From: a virus
Lineage: Duplodnaviria; Caudoviricetes
DNA length: 64,000 nt
Virus record (IMG/VR): IMGVR_UViG_3300045002_000015
Span: 8,781 to 72,780 of that record
Direction: 5' to 3' (one strand)
Positions 18,617-27,132 of this stretch are shown here, in pieces. Below the pieces are notes generated by a model. That model was given only the letters and a program-made list of their open reading frames with translations. It was not told where the DNA came from and did not search any database. The translations under genes and the position numbers were made by a program. Position 1 is the first letter of the stretch. Every line of letters starts with the position of its first letter.

Positions 18617-18931
18617 TATACCACCTAAGCCACTATACCACCTGTTCCCAAGATTCTCCCTATGTACCCCTCCTACCCCCTCCCACCTGCCCTCCTCCAC
18701 CCCTGTACCTCCCTCCATACTCTTTTCTCTCTTTTCTTTAGAAAGGTGGTATAGGTGGTATAGGTAGTACAGGGCCTTGAGGTGGTTGAGTTTTCGAGGG
18801 TATACCACCTCTATACCACCACGACGGTAAAGGTCAGCCATACTGGTATAGTCATCATATCTGCCCTATACGTAAACAACCGGAGGCTGGTATTCCACCT
18901 TGGCGGTGCAACTATACCACCTTATACCACC
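18617..18931. repeat. Iteron-like TATACCACC repeats, putative replication origin
   Basis: Perfect copies at 18617, 18634, 18801, 18812, 18913, 18923 and inverted at 18745, 18754; variants at 18763 and 18891; pyrimidine-rich core; directly after VapE gene. Confidence 0.7.
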
Positions 18932-18934
18932 ACG

Positions 18935-20251
18935 CTAGGCGAACGATTCTGGGTCAATCCCCGGCGCGTACCAGCGCTTCGCAAGCTCGCCGGCCCGCAT
19001 CTTCTGGCTCTTTTGCCAGCCTAACTGCTTGAGAATCCTGGCCGCCCGCATCTCGAACGACTTGCTCTGCCGCTCGCGCGGGATGCCCAGCGCCTCAGTC
19101 AGGATTTGCGGAATGCGCACCTCGCGCCTGGGGGAGCCGAACTCGCCGCCCTCCAGCCACTCGCGGACCGCATCACCCCACATATCAGCGGTCAGACGCT
19201 GCAACTGCGCCCTGGCCGCCTCCTCGCGGACCTCCTCGTCCGCCAGAAAGACCGGCTCGCCCTGCGCCTCACGATAGGCAGCCTCCGCCCAGAGATCGTC
19301 CCGGTTGAGCGCGATCCAGCGCACCGAGGCGGCCACGCAGCGCACCGGCCAATAGCGGCGATTACCGGTCTCGTCACGGAGGTAATCGTCCTTGTTGGTT
19401 GTCCCAGCGAACACGGTCTGCCGCGGATGCCTGATGAAATTCCTGCCGTAGGGCGGGCGGAACCAATCGAACGGCCGCGACAGGAACGCCTTGGTGGTCT
19501 CGTCCTCGTTCCTGATCAGGTGGTCGATCTCGGCGCATTCAACGCACCAGACGCCCAGCAGCGAGAGCGCGGCATCGCGGTTGCCAAGATCGAGCGGCAT
19601 CGAATCGGAAAACCAATCCTGCCCGAACAGGATCGCGAGCGACGTCGATTTGCCGATATCCTGCTCGCCCTCAAGGATCAGCATGTGATCGAACTTCGTG
19701 CCGGGACGGCGCACCCGGCGGACGGCGGCGATCAGGAATTTTGCGGCCACCGACCGGTGATACGCATCATCGGGACAGCCAAACGCCTGGGTCAGCCACG
19801 TATCGAGACGCGGCTGCCCATCCCATCTCAGGCCGTCGAGCCAGGTGCGGACCGGATGAAAATGATTGGTGGCGCCGACCGCCAGCATCGCGTCCTCAAC
19901 GGTGGCGCGGGCGAACCGGTAGGACCAAACCCTTTGCAGGTAAGCCTGAATCAGCGCGACGTCCTCGTCGCCCCACGCGCGCGGATAGGGGCCGGATAAT
20001 TCCGGGGTATCATCGTCGTGCCGCGGCGGCGCGCGCGTGATCAGGTGCTCGCTGCGGAACGCGTCGAACACCAGCGCGCCGCGCAAGACTTGATCGTGGC
20101 TCAGGATCAGGATCGCGTTGGTCAGCGTGGGCCTGAATTGGTGCTCATCGATGCGTTGCAGGCGCGAGAACCACGCCTGTTGTTTCAGCGGCCGATGACT
20201 GGCCAGATCGATGACATTGCCAATCCAGTCATCGTCGCTGTCAGCGGCCAT
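18935..20251 (-). CDS. Virulence-associated E (VapE/VirE) P-loop helicase-like replication protein
   Basis: HPVRTWL, KFDHMLILEGEQDIGKST, ECAE, RPPYGR, GTTN..LRDETGNRRYWPV. Confidence 0.9.
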   Translation of the reverse strand: MAADSDDDWIGNVIDLASHRPLKQQAWFSRLQRIDEHQFRPTLTNAILILSHDQVLRGALVFDAFRSEHLITRAPPRHDDDTPELSGPYPRAWGDEDVALIQAYLQRVWSYRFARATVEDAMLAVGATNHFHPVRTWLDGLRWDGQPRLDTWLTQAFGCPDDAYHRSVAAKFLIAAVRRVRRPGTKFDHMLILEGEQDIGKSTSLAILFGQDWFSDSMPLDLGNRDAALSLLGVWCVECAEIDHLIRNEDETTKAFLSRPFDWFRPPYGRNFIRHPRQTVFAGTTNKDDYLRDETGNRRYWPVRCVAASVRWIALNRDDLWAEAAYREAQGEPVFLADEEVREEAARAQLQRLTADMWGDAVREWLEGGEFGSPRREVRIPQILTEALGIPRERQSKSFEMRAARILKQLGWQKSQKMRAGELAKRWYAPGIDPESFA

Positions 20252-21053
20252 GGCGCATCCCGGCCATCAGGCCCGAACGGATGGTGGCCTTGGTCTCGGC
20301 GTGGTCGAGGCCCACCTGACGGGCGGCGCCATAGAGCGCGCCCACCGCCTCGCGCTCATCGAGCAACCCGGCGCCGATCAGCCGGCCGATCTGGAATGCC
20401 CGGCGGTTCAGGATCGCATTGCGCTGACCGTTGACCGCCTGGCTGACCGCCAGCGCGGCGCGATAGAGCCGGCGCCGGGCGGCGTCGCTGGTGTCGATCT
20501 GGACCTTGGGGATGGCCGGCTCCGGCGGCGGCGCCAGCAGGCGCAGCAGCCATTCGGGCGCAGGCGGTGGCGCCACTTCCCAGGGCGCCACCAGCCAGCG
20601 ATAGGGCCGGCGCGTAGTAAGATGCACGCTGGGCGGGATGGTCTGCGACTGGCGGCCGCGCCGCGGATCGATGCCCGCCGCCGGATGGCCGGCCTCGCCG
20701 ATGATCCGCTCGCCCTGGTGACGGAAGAACAGCACGACGCCACCACCGCCCGAGCGCAGTTGCGGGCGCGGCGGTAGCGGCCCATGCACGTTGCAGAGTG
20801 CCGCCAGATTGGCGATGCCATCATGGGCGTGACCGGGCGGCACATCGCAATCAAGCCCCCAGATGCCGGACTTGCCGCAGACCACGCGCCAGTTGCACGC
20901 CGGATAGGCGCGCGCCCATTGTTCCAGCCTGTCGAGGTCGTGCGTGGAGGCGTCGGTGGCGCCCTTGAAACACCCGGCGCGCGAGCGGTTGCTTGCCGGA
21001 TAGAGACACCAGCCCAGCAGCGCCAGCCGCTCGAGGTCCGGGTGCAGCGTCAT
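20241..21053 (-). CDS. Bifunctional DNA primase/polymerase (Prim-Pol) domain protein
   Basis: LGWCLYP, ATDAS, NWRVVCG..GLDCD, RSGGGGVVLFF, IDPRRGRQ, GQRN. Confidence 0.9.
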   Translation of the reverse strand: MTLHPDLERLALLGWCLYPASNRSRAGCFKGATDASTHDLDRLEQWARAYPACNWRVVCGKSGIWGLDCDVPPGHAHDGIANLAALCNVHGPLPPRPQLRSGGGGVVLFFRHQGERIIGEAGHPAAGIDPRRGRQSQTIPPSVHLTTRRPYRWLVAPWEVAPPPAPEWLLRLLAPPPEPAIPKVQIDTSDAARRRLYRAALAVSQAVNGQRNAILNRRAFQIGRLIGAGLLDEREAVGALYGAARQVGLDHAETKATIRSGLMAGMRHGR

Positions 21054-21235
21054 GGCGGCGCTGCCCGCCGGCTCTGCACGGCGGGCCAGCACGCCGCGCA
21101 AAGGCAGCGGACCGGCCGACCGGCGCGCAACAGGAACAGTTCGCGGACCTCGGCCTCACCTGGTTCGATCAGCACGACGTCCTGGGCGCCACAGCGCGCG
21201 CAACGGAGGTCGGCGAGCACGATATCATCGCTCAT
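21050..21235 (-). CDS. Small Zn-binding hypothetical protein
   Basis: CARC and CAAC pairs. Confidence 0.45.
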   Translation of the reverse strand: MSDDIVLADLRCARCGAQDVVLIEPGEAEVRELFLLRAGRPVRCLCAACWPAVQSRRAAPP

Positions 21236-21376
21236 GGCTCAAGCCCCAGCGGGTCAGTTCCGCGCGGCGCGCGTACCAGCAGGCGGCGGCGCGCAGGATG
21301 TCGCGTTGTTCGGCGTCCTCGGTCAGCTCGGCGCGGGCGAACAGTTCGATGGCCCGTGCCTCAAGCTGCGCGGCGG

Positions 21377-21823
21377 TCACGCGGCCGCCACCAGCGGCGG
21401 ATCAGCGGCCGCATCGAGCGGCCGGCGCCGGACATAGGCCCGGCGCGCGTGCTCGGCACAGTACGGCCGGCCTGGCTCGCTTGGCGCATCGCAGAAGCGA
21501 AATCCGGGCGTGCGCGGCTCGCCGATCGGCCAGCAGCACGTGCGCAGACGCAGCCCTGCCAGTGGCGATGGTGCGGGCACGGGCGGTGCCGCAACCGGCG
21601 GCAGCGTTGCCGCGCCGCGCTTCAGGCGCCGCGGCCGCGGCACCGGTTGGGGCGGCGGCTGGCCGGGCCGGATGACTGAGGGCAGCGCTGGCAGGCCAAG
21701 GCGCCGCGCCTCGCCCACCACCGAGCCTTTCGACCGTCCGAGATGGTCGCCGATCGCGCGGCAGGGCTTCTTGCCCCAGTTCTCGGTCAGGTACGCCAGT
21801 TCCTGCGCCGTCCATTCAGCCAT
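21377..21823 (-). CDS. gcrA: GcrA-family cell-cycle regulator
   Basis: WTAQELAYLTENW..GRSKGSVVGEARRLGL N-terminus; CCWPIGEP..FRFC..PYCAEH C-terminus. Confidence 0.85.
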   Translation of the reverse strand: MAEWTAQELAYLTENWGKKPCRAIGDHLGRSKGSVVGEARRLGLPALPSVIRPGQPPPQPVPRPRRLKRGAATLPPVAAPPVPAPSPLAGLRLRTCCWPIGEPRTPGFRFCDAPSEPGRPYCAEHARRAYVRRRPLDAAADPPLVAAA

Positions 21824-23222
21824 CGGTTTCCACGACCCCTCGTGCCGGTAGGAAAAAGTCCTGCTGCGCCCCGGCGCGCGTCACACGCTGCTCGGCCATG
21901 CGGGCGTATCCCGGGCTGAGATCGATGCCGATGCAGTCACGGCCCAACTGGTCGCAGACCACGGCGGTCGTGCCGCTGCCGATGAACGGATCGAGTACCG
22001 TGCAGGGCACGACAGGCGCATCGCACGTGCATGCCGATGCCCAGCCGATGGTCTGCACGCGGCGCTCCAGGCGCACCGGAAACCCGGCTGTCTCGTGTCT
22101 CCGTTCGAGCGAACGCGGACCGTTCGTGGTGCTGTTCTGCGGATTTTCGTAGCGCGCCGCGACCTGCCGTACCCAGGGCGCACCGCAGGCGGCGCAGCAG
22201 CCGCGCTCGGATGTGCCGGCGCGGATCAGCGGCGCGATCAACCTGGGCGGGAAGGTCGCGAAATGCGCGCCGGGGAAAGGCGCGGGATTGACGTCCAGTG
22301 CCAGCGGCGCGCCGCCAGCATCGCTGATCAGGCCATGCGGCTCACCGAGGCTGTCGAAGAACAAGTCCGAATTGCGGAAGCTTCGCTCGCCGGTATATTC
22401 CCAGTACTCGGGCGGCCGGCTGGCCACATCGTCCAGGGCGCTCCGCTCGGCGCTGGCCTTGGCCGCCAAGGTCCCCGCGCTGACCACGCCAACCCGGCGA
22501 ACCGCCGCTTCGTCCCAGAAGTAGCGCGGGCTTTTCGTCAGCAGATACACATACTCAACGGCGGTCGTCGGCCGGTCGGTCACCGACTCAGGCAGGCAGG
22601 ACCGCTTGAGCCAGGGCATGCGGGATCGCACCCACCAGCCATCCGCGCGCAAGGCGAGCGCAAGTTGCTCGGGGATCAGATGAAGGTCTTTTGGTTTGTA
22701 GCCGGGCGGAACCAGGCCCGTGTTACTCGCGAAATCGGGATACCGGCCGTCGAGCGCCGGTTGCAGCATTTCACCATTGATCGGGCGCTGCTGACCGCGC
22801 GTGGCCTTCCGGCCCTGATTGCCCCACGAACCGGCGTAACTGTCCGCGATGTTGACGAACGCGGTACCATCCGCCCGCAGCACGCGGCGTACCTCGCGGA
22901 ACACCGCGACCAGCCGCGCGATGTACGCCTCCGGCGTTGCCTCCAGACCCAGTTGGGCATCGACGCGGACCGCGCCGCACGCGGCGCATACGGAGCGGTA
23001 AGGCTTGGTTTCGTAATCCCGGCGGTCGGCCGGACCGCCGAGGCCGGTGGGAGGCTGTTGGACGAGCCGATGGTCGCAGCCCGGGTCACCGCCTTCCCAC
23101 CGGGCCGTCTGATAATCGCGCAGCCCGTAATAGGGCGGCGATGACACCACGCAATGGACGCTGGCGTCCGGCAGCGTGCGCAGCACAGCGCCAGCATCGC
23201 CGGTCAGGATGCGCACGCTCAC
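21816..23222 (-). CDS. DNA methyltransferase (N4-cytosine/N6-adenine, beta class)
   Basis: SVHCVVSSPPYYGLRDY, AHFATFPP, VLDPFIGSGTT, GIDLSPGY. Confidence 0.9.
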   Translation of the reverse strand: MSVRILTGDAGAVLRTLPDASVHCVVSSPPYYGLRDYQTARWEGGDPGCDHRLVQQPPTGLGGPADRRDYETKPYRSVCAACGAVRVDAQLGLEATPEAYIARLVAVFREVRRVLRADGTAFVNIADSYAGSWGNQGRKATRGQQRPINGEMLQPALDGRYPDFASNTGLVPPGYKPKDLHLIPEQLALALRADGWWVRSRMPWLKRSCLPESVTDRPTTAVEYVYLLTKSPRYFWDEAAVRRVGVVSAGTLAAKASAERSALDDVASRPPEYWEYTGERSFRNSDLFFDSLGEPHGLISDAGGAPLALDVNPAPFPGAHFATFPPRLIAPLIRAGTSERGCCAACGAPWVRQVAARYENPQNSTTNGPRSLERRHETAGFPVRLERRVQTIGWASACTCDAPVVPCTVLDPFIGSGTTAVVCDQLGRDCIGIDLSPGYARMAEQRVTRAGAQQDFFLPARGVVETDG

Positions 23223-23734
23223 AGCGGCTTCCGCGCGCGTTGCAGGCGGGCGAAGCGGATCGGCGAAGCGCGGCGATACCGCGCCTTCGGCGCCGCCTGC
23301 TTGGCCGGCGCCTTCGCCCGCTGCGCGATGATTTCCGCGGCAACCTGTTCGTCCGCCAGCCGCGCCAGTACGCGCCAGTTGTGGCACAGCGGAACGCCGA
23401 AGCGCGCGCACTGTTCGAAATAGCCGACCACGGAATTCGCCCAGCCGGCCGGGTGTTCGAGTGCCGTCAGCCGATCGATCAGCCGCGCCTGCTCGCTGTC
23501 CGGTTTGAGCCGGACGCCAGGCCGCTTGAGTTCGCAGCGAAAGGTCCGGCCGCCGGCCATCGCCAGTTCGGTATCCGGCCAGTTGGACCGTATCCCCCGC
23601 GCCGCCTCCCAGCGATGCTCGTGCTCCGATCGCGCGAAGCCGCGGTCGTGCGAGGCAAACTCGTGCCCGACGACGACGCAGCGCGCCACCATCTCGAAAA
23701 TCTTCCGCTGCAAGATGAATTCCGCCCGGATCAC
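23219..23734 (-). CDS. VRR-NUC-like PD-(D/E)XK nuclease
   Basis: WPDTE..FRCELKRPG..EQ motif. Confidence 0.7.
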   Translation of the reverse strand: MIRAEFILQRKIFEMVARCVVVGHEFASHDRGFARSEHEHRWEAARGIRSNWPDTELAMAGGRTFRCELKRPGVRLKPDSEQARLIDRLTALEHPAGWANSVVGYFEQCARFGVPLCHNWRVLARLADEQVAAEIIAQRAKAPAKQAAPKARYRRASPIRFARLQRARKPL

Positions 23735-23963
23735 GGATGACCGACCGTTAACGTGCGGATCGGTACGCAGGGCTTGACACAGTTACGAATCGTCTGGCTA
23801 AAGTGCCGAAAATGCACAACAAGCGCGACCGCCGCGAATGGACTGGCCACCAGGTCACCTCCAAAGGGAAGAAGTTGGTCGCGATCAACAATGACAGCCC
23901 GCCGCGCCGCCCCTGCCCGGACCGCGTGACGGCAAGGTCACATGCCTGGGGGACCGAGCGGGG

Positions 23964-24209
23964 TCATGTGGTGTCCATTGATCCCTCCCGGACCATCTCG
24001 TCCTTTTGCCAAACGTCAGGCCGAATCTCGTACAGCGCCAAGCCGGTGATCTGCGCCACCGCCCGCGCGTGCCGCACCGGCACCCGCACCCATTGCGTCA
24101 CGGCGCTCGGCACCACGCGCAGGCGCGCGGCGAGCGCCCTGGGACCACCGGCCAGGCGAATGGCGCGGGCAGCTTCGGGGGCATACGCATCGCGGCGTAA
24201 CGGTCTCAT
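23964..24209 (-). CDS. cro: Cro/YdaS-like repressor
   Basis: AIRLAGGPRALAARLRVVPSAVTQW..VP..EIRPDVW; divergent from cI-like gene. Confidence 0.8.
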   Translation of the reverse strand: MRPLRRDAYAPEAARAIRLAGGPRALAARLRVVPSAVTQWVRVPVRHARAVAQITGLALYEIRPDVWQKDEMVREGSMDTT

Positions 24210-24223
24210 GGCCGGCAGCCTAT

Positions 24224-24246
24224 TGCAGAGAGACTGCACATGTCAA
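24224..24246 (-). promoter_or_regulatory. cro promoter -35 box (TTGACA on minus strand) with palindromic operator
   Basis: TGCAG-AGAGA-CTGCA at 24224-24238; TGTCAA at 24241-24246. Confidence 0.75.
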
Positions 24247-24263
24247 TCAGAGGGAAGCCCTGA

Positions 24264-24674
24264 ATGAGCGCGCATGCCGCCGTCCAGTTCTCGTCCGCCA
24301 GCCCCTCGGCCCATCGGCCGGCACGCCGCCAGCGCGACCACCGCCGCGACGAGTACCAATACCGGATCGGCCGCCGCCTTCAGATGGCCGTGGAAGAGAT
24401 CATCGCGCGCGAAAGGATCACCCGGACGGAGTTCGCCCGGCGCACCCATACCACATTGTCCAAGTTAGGTAACTGGATACGCGGCGAGCATTACCCCGAC
24501 CCGCTGTTCGTGTGGCATCTGCACGAGGAGTTCGGCGTGACGGCCGACTGGCTTTACCTGGAAAGGATACCCGGCCTCCCGCCTTCCCTGAGACAGCGAA
24601 TTGCGGGCGGGGCAGGCGATAATCGGTCGGCAATTCCCGCGGCTTCTCGCCATAAGGAACGAACCACCGAATAA
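24264..24674 (+). CDS. CI-like XRE repressor
   Basis: ITRTEFARRTHTTLSKLGNWIRGEHYP..GVTADWLY. Confidence 0.8.
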   Translation: MSAHAAVQFSSASPSAHRPARRQRDHRRDEYQYRIGRRLQMAVEEIIARERITRTEFARRTHTTLSKLGNWIRGEHYPDPLFVWHLHEEFGVTADWLYLERIPGLPPSLRQRIAGGAGDNRSAIPAASRHKERTTE

Positions 24675-24693
24675 ACCCGCCAATCCGCCGATG

Positions 24694-24735
24694 TGCAGAT
24701 AATCTGCTGGACATTGTGCAGAGAGTCTGCATAAT
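24694..24735 (+). promoter_or_regulatory. Early promoter with two operator copies
   Basis: TGCAGATAATCTGCT (24694) and TGCAGAGAGTCTGCA (24717) match the cro-side operator; TGGACA..CATAAT. Confidence 0.75.
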
Positions 24736-24963
24736 GGTCTCCGGACGCCATGCCGGAGACCACGCTTGCCACTTCCCGTACGCCACCCGTCCCCCTCTCG
24801 CCCGCGCCCTGCACCGGGCGCGCGGCGATCCGGCGTCCCGGCGGGACCAGCGGCACCAGCCTATCATCGTCCAGATGACCATGCGAGGTTTTCAGCCCCG
24901 GCGCTGAGCCGCTGCGCGCATTGCGGCGCACTGGCCGAAAGCGGCTGCCCCGCCCCCGGCATA

Positions 24964-25239
24964 TTGCCGGATGCAGACCTGTTCGCGCCCTACCAGCCGC
25001 CGCACCGCCCGGCCTACGACCTCGCCAATACCTACGATCGCACCACGCTCGCCATCCGCATCATCGGCGATGCCGACCGCGCGCACGACTACCTTCAACT
25101 GGTCGCGCACATGCAGGCCGATGGCCAGATGGGCGCCGGCCAGGCGCGGGCACGCATTGGCGAAACGCTGATCACCCTCCACCGCCACGCCCAGGCCCTC
25201 TGCCGGCTGGCCGCTATCGAACAACGGGGAAGCCAATGA
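24964..25239 (+). CDS. Hypothetical protein (start uncertain)
   Basis: Coding-like 3' part of ORF 24766..25239; coupled to next gene. Confidence 0.4.
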   Translation: MPDADLFAPYQPPHRPAYDLANTYDRTTLAIRIIGDADRAHDYLQLVAHMQADGQMGAGQARARIGETLITLHRHAQALCRLAAIEQRGSQ

Positions 25240-25538
25240 GCACACACGCCCACCGCGCCGCGCGCCGCGCGTCACGCGCCGCCCACTCCCTGCCACCGCG
25301 CGATCCGGTCGAGGCCCTGCTCGCCGAGATCATGGCGCGCGTCACCGACGAGGAAATCCGCGGCCCGCAATTACGCCTCGGCGAGGCGACCGACTGGATC
25401 GAGGAACTGGCCATCGACCTCGGCTACATGGTCTACGACCCGAGTACCACGAAAGCCGCGCTGCGCGAAAAATGCACCACGCTCGCGGTCGCGGCGATCC
25501 GTTTCGCCCGCGACGTCTGCGGCGAAACTGCCGAATAA
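25236..25538 (+). CDS. Hypothetical phage protein
   Basis: ATGA overlap; helical, ends LREKCTTLAVAAIRFARDV. Confidence 0.55.
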   Translation: MSTHAHRAARRASRAAHSLPPRDPVEALLAEIMARVTDEEIRGPQLRLGEATDWIEELAIDLGYMVYDPSTTKAALREKCTTLAVAAIRFARDVCGETAE

Positions 25539-25572
25539 ACCCTGGGAAACCACAGAAGGATCGCCGCCGCTT

Positions 25573-25866
25573 ATGCCGCAATTCATCTTTCAGAGCGTGC
25601 TCGAACTGCCCGACAGCCCGTTCGCCGCCGCCCGTATCCTGGTGCAGATCGAGCCGCACTGGAACAGCCTGATCGAGGCGCTGCAAGCCGCAGGCGTCGC
25701 CTGCGAACTGCGCGCCGAGCCAATCCATCCGAGAGTCGAGCGGCCGCCGCCGGTACGGACGCGCGGGCGGCCGCCGGGCAGCCGCAATCGACCGCGCCCG
25801 CTGCCGCGCCAACAGGAAATGCCGGTCACAACGTCCGTCACCGAAACCGAGGACGCGGCGGAATAG
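25573..25866 (+). CDS. Hypothetical protein
   Basis: 97 aa ORF in early operon. Confidence 0.55.
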   Translation: MPQFIFQSVLELPDSPFAAARILVQIEPHWNSLIEALQAAGVACELRAEPIHPRVERPPPVRTRGRPPGSRNRPRPLPRQQEMPVTTSVTETEDAAE

Positions 25867-25867
25867 C

Positions 25868-26737
25868 ATGCAGCGCATTACCGAGCCCGGCAGCTATGCG
25901 ATGCCGCACGAGGTCTACCATAGCGACTGCTGCGACGGTCCCTCGCTGAGCAGCACCGGCGCGCGCCTCCTGGTGCAGAAATGTCCAGCGGTGTACCGCC
26001 ATCTCCAGGACAATCCGGAGGTCAAAGAGGAGTTCGATATCGGCAATGCCACGCACCTGCTGGTGCTCCAGCCGGACGTGTACAGGACCAAGGTGGCCGA
26101 ACTGCCGTTTCAGAACTACCGCGCCCAGGAAGCCTGCGCCGCGCGCGACGAAGCCCGCGCCGTCGGCCTGATCCCGCTCACCATCCCGCAGCAGAACCAG
26201 GTCCACGCCATGCGCGCGGCGTTATTGGCCGACGATATCGCCCGGCACGCGTTTCGCGGCGAGGTCGAGCAGTCGCTGTTCGCCCGCGATCCCGATTATC
26301 CCGGCATCTGGCTGAAATGCCGGCCGGATATCCGCGCCGGCTATCTGGTCGATGTGAAAACCACCACCGACGTCGAGCCGGGAGCATTCGAGCGTGCGAT
26401 CGGCAATTACGGCTATCACCAGCAGGCCGCATGGTATCGCATGGTGGTCGAGATGGTGCTCGGCGAGCGCCCGAAGGGGTTCTATTTTCTGGCGGTGCAA
26501 AAATCGCCGCCCTACCTCGTGGAAACCATGCGCCTCGACGAAGAGGCGATGGCCTGGGGCGATATTCTGAACCGTCGCGCGCGCAGCATCTTTCACTGGT
26601 GCTGCGCACATGATCGATGGCCGTCCTATCGCGCGCGGATCACCGGGCCGTCGGTAGCAATCGACGTCGGCCTCCCGGCCTGGCACCTGCGCGAATTGCA
26701 GCGCCGCCTTGAGGCCGGCGAACTGGAGCCGGTGTGA
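25868..26737 (+). CDS. PD-(D/E)XK exonuclease (DUF3799/RecE-like)
   Basis: YH..SLSST..GNATHLLVL, EQSLF..WLKCRPD..LVDVKTT..YGYHQQAAWY. Confidence 0.85.
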   Translation: MQRITEPGSYAMPHEVYHSDCCDGPSLSSTGARLLVQKCPAVYRHLQDNPEVKEEFDIGNATHLLVLQPDVYRTKVAELPFQNYRAQEACAARDEARAVGLIPLTIPQQNQVHAMRAALLADDIARHAFRGEVEQSLFARDPDYPGIWLKCRPDIRAGYLVDVKTTTDVEPGAFERAIGNYGYHQQAAWYRMVVEMVLGERPKGFYFLAVQKSPPYLVETMRLDEEAMAWGDILNRRARSIFHWCCAHDRWPSYRARITGPSVAIDVGLPAWHLRELQRRLEAGELEPV

Positions 26738-27132
26738 AAATGGGGAGGGACACCATGCCGAAGCCTTCCGTGCCCAAGATCATTGATCGGATCATGCAGG
26801 AACAGGACCTCACCGCGCGGCAGGTGGCCGAGAAACTCGGCGTTGCCGTCTCGACTGTCTATCAATGGCAAAAGGGCCGCAGCCCGCGCCTGGGCGTGCG
26901 CGTGCGCATGCTGAAAAACTTTGATATTGCGCCCGCCGAGCTGGGCCTCAAGGATATGAACACCACCGCGCACGCGGTGGTAAACACGGCCGCGAACGGC
27001 GTCGCCAATGGCGAAGATACATCAATCGCGGTCGCGGTGCGAAGCCGACGCGGCTTGGCGATCGAAATGCAGGTGACGCCCAAGACCGCGTTGCGCGTGC
27101 TACACGTTCTGCTTGCCGAGGAAACCCTATGA
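26734..27132 (+). CDS. HTH DNA-binding protein
   Basis: LTARQVAEKLGVAVSTVYQWQKG. Confidence 0.7.
   Translation: MKMGRDTMPKPSVPKIIDRIMQEQDLTARQVAEKLGVAVSTVYQWQKGRSPRLGVRVRMLKNFDIAPAELGLKDMNTTAHAVVNTAANGVANGEDTSIAVAVRSRRGLAIEMQVTPKTALRVLHVLLAEETL

Noticed and set aside
18617-18931. Link between origin iterons (TATACCACC) and the array junction variant ACCACC
   Set aside because: Only a 6-bp overlap with a minority junction variant; the dominant junction is ACGACC. Chance cannot be excluded without statistics.
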